Positions 56,530-64,000 of a stretch of 64,000 nucleotides of DNA are shown here, piece after piece. A program made the translations under genes and the position numbers. The stretch is taken from NCBI GenBank assembly GCA_965198115.1, contig OZ240241.1, forward strand, positions 7,840,001-7,904,000. Reading direction: 5' to 3'. The notes beneath the pieces are model-generated. The model did no database searches, was not told where the DNA came from, and saw nothing but the letters and a program-made list of their open reading frames with translations. Origin of the DNA: Candidatus Latescibacterota bacterium (GTDB lineage Bacteria; Latescibacterota; UBA2968). The first letter of the stretch is position 1; each line of letters begins with the position of its first letter.

Positions 56530-57949
56530 GGCTATATCCGGATCTCTCAACGAGATGAAGTGGGTGAAGGTGCCGTGGTTCCTGGCATGGGGGCGCGGTT
56601 AGCGTGTGCGGAACCTCTTCGGAATCTGCTCAGGGATGTTTATGTCTCCGACGGTAAGGAAGATCATATCGTTGAATGCGTCGAGTGTGCGGAATCCGCT
56701 GGCTCGGTTCTTGACGATTTGGACGATTCGGTTGAGGCCTTCGGCGATGGCGTTGGTAAGACGCGTGTTCACGAATGCGAGGACGCCGAAGAAGTGCTGT
56801 CGCAGGGTCCTGACGAACTTTCGCAGGGGTTCAAGTCGACTTCTGAGTGCGGACGTCGTCCAGCATTTCAGGAAGCGTTCGGCAGCCCAGGGCGCTTTGT
56901 ATTCCCAGAACTGCTCGAACTCGTCCTTGAGTCTCCAGGCTCTATAGATTCGGTAGTTCGCCTTCTCCAGTGCTTTGAGTGTCCGAGTATCCCCTCTGGA
57001 GCGTGTCGCTGAGTGCCGGTAGAGGAGCCATCGGAGGCCCTTCATGGCTTTGCGCTCATCCGGGGCAGCTTTACGCCACTGGTCCTTACGGACCTCGTCA
57101 ACGGCGGCATTGAGAGCCTTGACGATGTGAAAGCGATCGAGGACCAGCTTGGCATTCGGACAGTGTTCCTGGATGGCTCCGATGTAAGCTTCGCTCATGT
57201 CGCAGCAGGCCCACTCGATCTTGGATCTCTGGTAGGGACTGAGAGCCTCTGTGAAGAACCGATCGATCGTTTTACGCGCCCTGCCGCGGCCAACCCACAC
57301 CACGCAGGAGCGGTCCAGATCGTAAACGAGCGTGGCGTACCTGTGACGCTTGGCGTAGGAGATCTCGTCGATCCCGATGGTTTTGAGCCCTCGGATACGA
57401 TGACCTTCACGAAGCCGCGTGATGGATCGGTGAAGGAGATCCGACAGCGTCGAGGCAGAGATGCGCAGCAACTCGGACGCCGCCTTCTGCGTCATGGTCT
57501 GGCAGTAGCGCAGCATGGCATACTCGAAGCGATACGTCACCCGAGAGAACCGCTCCGCCCACGGAATCTCCTCGACCACACGACCGTGGGTAGGACACCG
57601 AATCTCCCGAGGATGGTAGAGAAGCCAGACCCTCCACCCGCACACCGGAATGTCACGCCACCGACGCGGATGGGGCATTGTGCGGACGATTTTACCTCGA
57701 CGGCCGCACTCCGGACAACAACAACCATTCTTATGTGGCTTTACGGCGATGACGAAACAGCTTCTCCCCTCAAACCACCAGCTGACAACACGGAACCCCT
57801 TGAATCTCAGCAGTTTCGATAGTAATCTGCTCCCGGTCATAGGTCGCACCCCCTTCGCTTTGATTGTCCTACACACACAACCAAGCGTAGGGAACGATCT
57901 ATGACCTTGTCATTCTATAGTTTCACCGTTGAGAAACCCGGATAGAGCC
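56530..57949 (-). mobile_element. ISL3-family element, copy C (1420 bp)
   Basis: IRs; TSD TTTTTTAT at 56522-56529 and 57950-57957. Confidence 0.95.
56599..57876 (-). CDS. ISL3 transposase
   Basis: Intact 425-aa ORF. Confidence 0.95.
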   Translation of the reverse strand: MCRTIKAKGVRPMTGSRLLSKLLRFKGFRVVSWWFEGRSCFVIAVKPHKNGCCCPECGRRGKIVRTMPHPRRWRDIPVCGWRVWLLYHPREIRCPTHGRVVEEIPWAERFSRVTYRFEYAMLRYCQTMTQKAASELLRISASTLSDLLHRSITRLREGHRIRGLKTIGIDEISYAKRHRYATLVYDLDRSCVVWVGRGRARKTIDRFFTEALSPYQRSKIEWACCDMSEAYIGAIQEHCPNAKLVLDRFHIVKALNAAVDEVRKDQWRKAAPDERKAMKGLRWLLYRHSATRSRGDTRTLKALEKANYRIYRAWRLKDEFEQFWEYKAPWAAERFLKCWTTSALRSRLEPLRKFVRTLRQHFFGVLAFVNTRLTNAIAEGLNRIVQIVKNRASGFRTLDAFNDMIFLTVGDINIPEQIPKRFRTR

Positions 57950-57957
57950 TTTTTTAT

Positions 57958-59377
57958 GGCTATATCCGGATCTCTCAACGAGCTGAAGTGGGTGAAGGTG
58001 CCGTGGTTCCTGACATGGGGGCGCGGTTAGAGTGTGCGGAACCTCTTCGGAATCTGCTCAGGGATGTTTATGTCTCCGACGGTAAGGAAGATCATATCGT
58101 TGAATGCGTCGAGTGTGCGGAATCCGCTGGCTCGGTTCTTGACGATTTGGACGATTCGGTTGAGGCCTTCGGCGATGGCGTTGGTAAGACGCGTGTTCAC
58201 GAATGCGAGGACGCCGAAGAAGTGCTGTCGCAGGGTCCTGACGAACTTTCGCAGGGGTTCAAGTCGACTTCTGAGTGCGGACGTCGTCCAGCATTTCAGG
58301 AAGCGTTCGGCAGCCCAGGGCGCTTTGTATTCCCAGAACTGCTCGAACTCGTCCTTGAGTCTCCAGGCTCTATAGATTCGGTAGTTCGCCTTCTCCAGTG
58401 CTTTGAGTGTCCGAGTATCCCCTCTGGAGCGTGTCGCTGAGTGCCGGTAGAGGAGCCATCGGAGGCCCTTCATGGCTTTGCGCTCATCCGGGGCAGCTTT
58501 ACGCCACTGGTCCTTACGGACCTCGTCAACGGCGGCATTGAGAGCCTTGACGATGTGAAAGCGATCGAGGACCAGCTTGGCATTCGGACAGTGTTCCTGG
58601 ATGGCTCCGATGTAAGCTTCGCTCATGTCGCAGCAGGCCCACTCGATCTTGGATCTCTGGTAGGGACTGAGAGCCTCTGTGAAGAACCGATCGATCGTTT
58701 TACGCGCCCTGCCGCGGCCAACCCACACCACGCAGGAGCGGTCCAGATCGTAAACGAGCGTGGCGTACCTGTGACGCTTGGCGTAGGAGATCTCGTCGAT
58801 CCCGATGGTTTTGAGCCCTCGGATACGATGACCTTCACGAAGCCGCGTGATGGATCGGTGAAGGAGATCCGACAGCGTCGAGGCAGAGATGCGCAGTAAC
58901 TCGGACGCCGCCTTCTGCGTCATGGTCTGGCAGTAGCGCAGCATGGCATACTCGAAGCGATACGTCACCCGAGAGAACCGCTCCGCCCACGGAATCTCCT
59001 CGACCACACGACCGTGGGTAGGACACCGAATCTCCCGAGGATGGTAGAGAAGCCAGACCCTCCACCCGCACACCGGAATGTCACGCCACCGACGCGGATG
59101 GGGCATTGTGCGGACGATTTTACCTCGACGGCCGCACTCCGGACAACAACAACCATTCTTATGGGGCTTTACGGCGATGACGAAGCAGCTTCTCCCCTCA
59201 AACCACCAGCTGACAACACGGAACCCCTTGAATCTCAGCAGTTCCGATAGTAATCTGCTCCCGGTCATAGGTCGCACCCCCTTCGCTTTGATTGTCCTAC
59301 ACACACAACCAAGCGTAGGGAACGATCTATGACCTTGTCATTCTATAGTTTCACCGTTGAGAAACCCGGATAGAGCC
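57958..59377 (-). mobile_element. ISL3-family element, copy D (1420 bp)
   Basis: IRs; TSD TTTTTTAT at 57950-57957 and 59378-59385. Confidence 0.95.
58027..59304 (-). CDS. ISL3 transposase
   Basis: Intact 425-aa ORF. Confidence 0.95.
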   Translation of the reverse strand: MCRTIKAKGVRPMTGSRLLSELLRFKGFRVVSWWFEGRSCFVIAVKPHKNGCCCPECGRRGKIVRTMPHPRRWRDIPVCGWRVWLLYHPREIRCPTHGRVVEEIPWAERFSRVTYRFEYAMLRYCQTMTQKAASELLRISASTLSDLLHRSITRLREGHRIRGLKTIGIDEISYAKRHRYATLVYDLDRSCVVWVGRGRARKTIDRFFTEALSPYQRSKIEWACCDMSEAYIGAIQEHCPNAKLVLDRFHIVKALNAAVDEVRKDQWRKAAPDERKAMKGLRWLLYRHSATRSRGDTRTLKALEKANYRIYRAWRLKDEFEQFWEYKAPWAAERFLKCWTTSALRSRLEPLRKFVRTLRQHFFGVLAFVNTRLTNAIAEGLNRIVQIVKNRASGFRTLDAFNDMIFLTVGDINIPEQIPKRFRTL

Positions 59378-59636
59378 TTTTTTATGCATAATTCAGGCTA
59401 GAGACACCATATCGATCCACGCGCAAAATACATTTAAAGATCGACTGCGAGTTCCGAATCCCGAGTAGAGATCTTCGAGTGTAGAAGGACGCCCCCTCAT
59501 CTTGTTCGCAGGCGGGGGTACATCCTGAGCCCTCGGCTTCGCTCAGGATAATCCGTCGAAGGGCGCTCCCACCGGTTGTCTGCGACCTCCTATCCACCCG
59601 GGGCCCATTGTTCCCTACCAAGTCTTCTTGTTTTTC

Positions 59637-59712
59637 TTCCGTGTATTCCGTGTATTCCGTGGTCCAAGTGTTTTTCGCTTTTCCGTTCATGTTTTTCGTG
59701 TATTTCGTGGTA
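59637..59712. repeat. 9-bp-period intergenic repeats
   Basis: ttccgtgtattccgtgtattccgtggt and ttcatgtttttcgtgtatttcgtggt. Confidence 0.7.
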
Positions 59713-59722
59713 AGGTTTTCCA

Positions 59723-61306
59723 ATGCGAGATCTCTCACGCGACAGCACGCACCTCCACATCGACGACAAGGCACAGACCTTCCTCGACAACCTGATTCTC
59801 GAATCCGTCACGGACGTGACTCGCCGATGGCACGCGCCCGAACGATTCGGGGATGGCCCCGTCCTCACGAAAACCGAGAACTGGGAAGTGCTTCCCTACT
59901 TCGGCTGCGCAAACCACACCGTGCTCCGCGATTCAGCCGATGGTCTTTTCAAGTGTTGGTATGAGATTATGGTCGGTGAACCCGACGCGAAGAAGATGGG
60001 CCTGGGGATGGAAAGCCGTATGTGTTACGCCGTCAGCGAGGATGGCGTCCGCTGGGAAAAACCCGGGGTCGGTATCACCATCGATGGCCGTAGAACCAAC
60101 ATCGTCCTGGGTGATGAGGAAACCGGCGCACACGGATTGATGGTGGCCGAAGATCCTCACGGAGATACATGCGGGCGCTTCAAGGGACTTTTCACACGGA
60201 TGTGGGACCACAACAAGAATCGCCAGATCGTGGCCGCGCATTCGCCCGACGGAATCGAGTGGCACCTCTATGACAAACTCCCCAGCGTCGGTTCAGCGGG
60301 ACCTCGTCTGTGCGATGTTCACATCGTCGCCGTCGACCCAGACTCTCGCGAGTACGTCGCCTACACACGTCACTTCCTGATGACAGCCGGCGCCACGCGA
60401 TCCCGATTCGATCGTGACGTCACTTTCTCACGGCCCTACGAACCCGACACCTTCGCCTCGTATTCGCAGCGGAGGATCTGGCAGATCCGCAGCCCCGATT
60501 TCATCCACTGGAGCGAACCCCTTCTCCTCGCCGCCGCGGACGAAGAGGAAGACAACATCGACGAATCTTTTTACGGAATGGTGCCCTATCGCGTCGGCAC
60601 GCAACACATCGCTCCGCTCAACGTTTTCAGCGCGGTCGACAACGTGATGGAGGTCCAGCTCCTCCACAGCCGAGATGGCCTGCGCTGGAATCGGGCAAAC
60701 CGTCGGCAGCCGTTTCTCGATCATCGGGGCGACGGGCACTGGGACGCGCATATGGTGTCGATCGTCAACCCGCCGATCGCGATCGACGGCGAGCTCTGGT
60801 TTTTCCACAGCGGGACCGACTTCCACCACGACTGGTGGCTCGTCGGCAAGCGGGAAGGCATCGACCATCCCGAGGCGAACGATCCCCTCGGGTGCGGGGC
60901 ATCATTCGGACTGGGAATCGCGAAACTTCGGAAGGATGGCTACGCCGGCTTATTCGCCAACCCGTATCGACAGGGCATCGTTACCACGCGCTCCCTGATC
61001 AGCCTTGGGAGCCGGCTATCGATCAACGCCAAGTGCGGGCCAGGAGGCTCGGTCCGCGTCGAAGCACTCAATCGTGACGATCAGATCCTCGGATCGTGCA
61101 ACCTCGAAAACAGCGATCCCTTCGAAGGCGACACGACCGATCACACAATGACCTGGAACGGCGACCCAACAGTACCCGCCGGACGGGGCCAGGACCTCTA
61201 CTGGCGCAAGCTAAGATTCTACCTCCGCAACGCCGAACTCTATTCGTTCCGCTTCACCCACTCAATTGAAGACCCCGACCCCTTCAAAACCGAAAAGGAG
61301 TGGTAA
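59723..61306 (+). CDS. hypothetical beta-propeller protein (glycoside hydrolase clan-like, Asp-box motifs)
   Basis: YAVSEDGVRWEKP, HSPDGIEW, SPDFIHW, HSRDGLRW, LRKDGY, LRFYLRNAELYSF. Confidence 0.8.
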   Translation: MRDLSRDSTHLHIDDKAQTFLDNLILESVTDVTRRWHAPERFGDGPVLTKTENWEVLPYFGCANHTVLRDSADGLFKCWYEIMVGEPDAKKMGLGMESRMCYAVSEDGVRWEKPGVGITIDGRRTNIVLGDEETGAHGLMVAEDPHGDTCGRFKGLFTRMWDHNKNRQIVAAHSPDGIEWHLYDKLPSVGSAGPRLCDVHIVAVDPDSREYVAYTRHFLMTAGATRSRFDRDVTFSRPYEPDTFASYSQRRIWQIRSPDFIHWSEPLLLAAADEEEDNIDESFYGMVPYRVGTQHIAPLNVFSAVDNVMEVQLLHSRDGLRWNRANRRQPFLDHRGDGHWDAHMVSIVNPPIAIDGELWFFHSGTDFHHDWWLVGKREGIDHPEANDPLGCGASFGLGIAKLRKDGYAGLFANPYRQGIVTTRSLISLGSRLSINAKCGPGGSVRVEALNRDDQILGSCNLENSDPFEGDTTDHTMTWNGDPTVPAGRGQDLYWRKLRFYLRNAELYSFRFTHSIEDPDPFKTEKEW

Positions 61307-61396
61307 CCTTACCCTTGCTTTCGTCCAACCCCGCTGATTCACATTTACCCTACCCAATTCCATAATTTCCTATTTTCCTGATTTCCTAATGAAGCC

Positions 61397-62230
61397 TCAA
61401 TGATGATCCACCCTCGGCTCGATCGGGATCGCACGAAACTCCAGAATCATATCCGCGAGCTCACGCGCCGATGCATTGAACCATTTTTCACCCTTTTCGA
61501 CAGTTCCCTTCGTTGCGTCCCCGATCACGCCCGTATCGGTGAGGCGTGACCAGTGATCCATCATTTTCAGCGGCGCACCACCCTTCCCACGCGCCCAGCC
61601 CCGCCAGTAGAATCGTGAGACCCCTACCTTGACTTCCGACGCGGCTTTGTCCATCTGCACCGCTTCTTCGTTGAGATACAAATAGGCCGACGTCTCGACC
61701 TCGTCCGCGTGCGACATCACGTCGGATTCCGTGAAATCCTCGAACCCTCCACCGACACCCGGCCCCACGGCGGCACAATGCACGTCGGTCTCAATCACCG
61801 TCCGCCGAGCGGCGAGTTCAAGGATCGCCTCGTTGGAGCCGTGGCCATTCACGATCATAATCTTGCGAAATCCGTGGTGGGCCACACTCTTCGTAATGTC
61901 CAGCACGAAGTGCAGTAAATGCTCGTCTCTAATTGTGATCGTGCCCGGGAAGTCCATATGGTGATCTTCAAACCCATAGGCGACCTCTGGTAGGACGAGC
62001 ACATCGTCCGGAATCAGCTTCGCGGCCGCATCGCAGACGCTCGCCACAACGAACGTGTCCACGTCCAGCGGCAGATGGTGGCCGTGATCTTCCGTAGACC
62101 CGACAGGTAGAACAACAACCGGCTGCTTCTCAATCAGATCACGTAGTTCAGGCCAGGTATAGTGGTCGTATCGATACGGCAATCTGGGGCCTCGCACGAT
62201 GTCTCCTTTCAAGATTGTGAGAGTCGCCAC
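61397..62230 (-). CDS. creatininase family amidohydrolase
   Basis: LPVGSTEDHGHHLPLDVD, HHMDFPGT, NGHGSN, HADEVETS, GVIGD. Confidence 0.92.
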   Translation of the reverse strand: MATLTILKGDIVRGPRLPYRYDHYTWPELRDLIEKQPVVVLPVGSTEDHGHHLPLDVDTFVVASVCDAAAKLIPDDVLVLPEVAYGFEDHHMDFPGTITIRDEHLLHFVLDITKSVAHHGFRKIMIVNGHGSNEAILELAARRTVIETDVHCAAVGPGVGGGFEDFTESDVMSHADEVETSAYLYLNEEAVQMDKAASEVKVGVSRFYWRGWARGKGGAPLKMMDHWSRLTDTGVIGDATKGTVEKGEKWFNASARELADMILEFRAIPIEPRVDHH

Positions 62231-62391
62231 GACGCGAATTCTATTCCGCTCTCACGAGTAAGAATTCGGTCACAGCAGGACCGTGACGTCCTTATCCTGC
62301 CTTGCAATAAACGCAATGCGATCCGGGCACCGGAATCTATACCCAAACACCTGTAACCTTCCATCACACGACTCGATAGGAAAGCGAAAAC

Positions 62392-63726
62392 TTGACTGAC
62401 ACCGTCGATACCGGCCAAACCGTCGACCAGGTTCGTGAAAAGCTGGTCGATGGCGTACTGCTGGTGCTCGCACTCCTCATGATCCCGGCAACGCTTCTAT
62501 CCTGGTCTCGTATCCATATCGTTGGCTTTCATCCGATCATGGTTTTGCACGCTGCGGTGGGGGTAGGACTCGTAGTCGTTGCGTTGTTCCGTCGACGGAT
62601 GTCCCTTCTCGCAAAATCGTGGGTGGTTCTCGGCGTATTTTTCCTCCTCGCGACGGCCGGCTTGCTTGTATTCGGTCTCGTGAGCTTCGGAACCGAGGTG
62701 CTCCTGCTGATGACTCTACTCGCGAGCGCACTCATGGGCAAGAAGTGGGGTTGGCGTGCCCTGGCTATATCGGGTCTGACCACCGGTCTTATCGCGCTCG
62801 GTGTATCGATCGGTGTAATTACTTTCGATATCGATATGGGAGTCTATTCCCTCGCACCCCTGACGTGGGTAGTTTCCACCGCGCTTTTCGTCTGCATCCT
62901 TGCGCTCGGAGTAACGATTCTCGGGGGCATTCACGACGCGCTACTCGCGTCGATCGCTTCCCTCCGCGAACAGGCAGCAGAGCTCGCAAAGGCTCGAGAC
63001 CAGTCTGAAATCGCCCATCGTTCGAAGAGCGCCTTTATGGCGAACGTCTCTCACGAGTTTCGGACACCACTCAACGCAATCGTCGGATACGCAGAGCTTC
63101 TCCAAAGAAAGGTGACGGACGAGAGACAACAGTCCGAGTTGGCGACGATCGCCACGAGTGGCCGAGGCCTCGCCCTTCTAGTCGACAGCATATTGGATCT
63201 GTCACGTCTGGAGGCGGGCGACATTAAACTCGACGCAGGTCCGACCGTGCTACGATCGTTTATCGACGCGTTCGCTCCCCGATACCAGCGAGGTGCAACA
63301 GAAAAGGGGTTGCAGTTCACGTGGGACTCGGACGGAGACGTACCCTTCTGCGTGGAACTCGACGAGATCAGGATGACCAAAGCACTCGGCCACCTTGTGG
63401 ACAACGCGATCAAATTCACCGACGACGGCGAGGTCTCGGTGACGATCGGTGTTCGATCCCGCACCGATGAAATAGCGCATTTAGTGTTCTCGGTACGCGA
63501 CACCGGCGTCGGCATCCCAGAGAACCAGCAACAGGCCATTATGGAACCGTTCACCCAGGCTGATGGGCAATCCGTAGACGACTACGGGGGTACCGGGATC
63601 GGATTGTCGCTCGCCAAGCGATTGGTCCAATCGATGGGGGGGCGTCTGCTCGTAGAGAGTCGGGAAGGTGAGGGCAGCACGTTCTCGATCGAGATGGAGG
63701 ACGTCCCGATCGTCGATGAACAATAG
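62392..63726 (+). CDS. membrane-bound sensor histidine kinase
   Basis: About 6 TM helices, ANVSHEFRTPLN, DNAIKFT, DTGVGI, YGGTGIGL. Confidence 0.92.
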   Translation: MTDTVDTGQTVDQVREKLVDGVLLVLALLMIPATLLSWSRIHIVGFHPIMVLHAAVGVGLVVVALFRRRMSLLAKSWVVLGVFFLLATAGLLVFGLVSFGTEVLLLMTLLASALMGKKWGWRALAISGLTTGLIALGVSIGVITFDIDMGVYSLAPLTWVVSTALFVCILALGVTILGGIHDALLASIASLREQAAELAKARDQSEIAHRSKSAFMANVSHEFRTPLNAIVGYAELLQRKVTDERQQSELATIATSGRGLALLVDSILDLSRLEAGDIKLDAGPTVLRSFIDAFAPRYQRGATEKGLQFTWDSDGDVPFCVELDEIRMTKALGHLVDNAIKFTDDGEVSVTIGVRSRTDEIAHLVFSVRDTGVGIPENQQQAIMEPFTQADGQSVDDYGGTGIGLSLAKRLVQSMGGRLLVESREGEGSTFSIEMEDVPIVDEQ

Positions 63727-63854
63727 AATTGGCAACGGATTGAAATCGAGGCAGAAGAGAGGGCCGCAGTGTTTCGCTGGGCCCTTTCGACGGTACATAA
63801 AGAAACTCCCTATCGCTTTGACAGGATAGGGAGCTCAGACGCTCAGCACCCGCT

Positions 63855-64000
63855 TCAACTCAGCAGGTTCAGCATTTCGCGATCCTCTCTCCGCTCAGCC
63901 ACTGCCCGCGGCGTTCCCCACGTCGATCCTTCGGGCGCATCCGGATCGGCGCCTTGCTCGATCAGAAACTTGACCATTTCGGGCTGACCGCGTCTGACAG
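63855..64000 (-). CDS. ankyrin-repeat protein, 3' end (runs off window end)
   Basis: The minus frame reads VRRGQPEMVKFLIEQGADPDAPEGSTWGTPRAVAERREDREMLNLLS*. Confidence 0.75.
   Translation of the reverse strand, partial: VRRGQPEMVKFLIEQGADPDAPEGSTWGTPRAVAERREDREMLNLLS

Larger units (their letters stand above)
54913..59397 (-). mobile_element. IS1380-family element, copy 2, with two tandem ISL3 in its left end
   Basis: cctgaatcatgcat at 54913 and atgcataattcagg ending at 59397; flanks TTAG and CTAG. Confidence 0.93.

Noticed and set aside
56530-59377. Tandem ISL3 pair as an assembly duplication
   Set aside because: The two copies differ at several SNPs and share the three-copy 8-bp TSD expected from repeated insertion. 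Not fully excluded without reads.
61397-62230. Mycofactocin peptidase MftE / RiPP cluster
   Set aside because: The creatininase fold is present, but no precursor peptide or radical SAM genes are nearby.

Overview
GC-rich bacterial chromosomal window. The sulfatases, enolase-superfamily dehydratases, PhyH, DUF2330-dockerin and FG-GAP proteins suggest a Latescibacterota/PVC-like organism, but this is inference only. There are three layers. (1) Catabolic and housekeeping genes, several frameshifted, separated by families of short intergenic repeats. (2) A ~23-kb co-directional signalling cluster (15.4-38.6 kb): five sensor or kinase genes with different input domains, a REC-adenylate cyclase, a REC-GAF protein and a FapA/DUF342 gene. 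Three of the kinases end in the same His-less Hpt-like domain, and most genes in the cluster are damaged. (3) Twelve IS copies from six families (IS200, IS256 x2, ISAzo13, ISL3 x4, IS1182 x2, IS1380 x2), with ends mappable and TSDs visible for most. Best leads: an apparent 13-kb composite transposon bounded by inverted IS1380 copies and CTAG repeats; an ISL3 found only inside the termini of other IS; a multi-stem leader RNA in front of an ankyrin gene with a distinctive N-terminal domain; the shared pseudo-Hpt domain; and a perfect 40-bp palindrome. No rRNA, tRNA or CRISPR array was seen. Coordinates were read by eye and may be off by a few bases.
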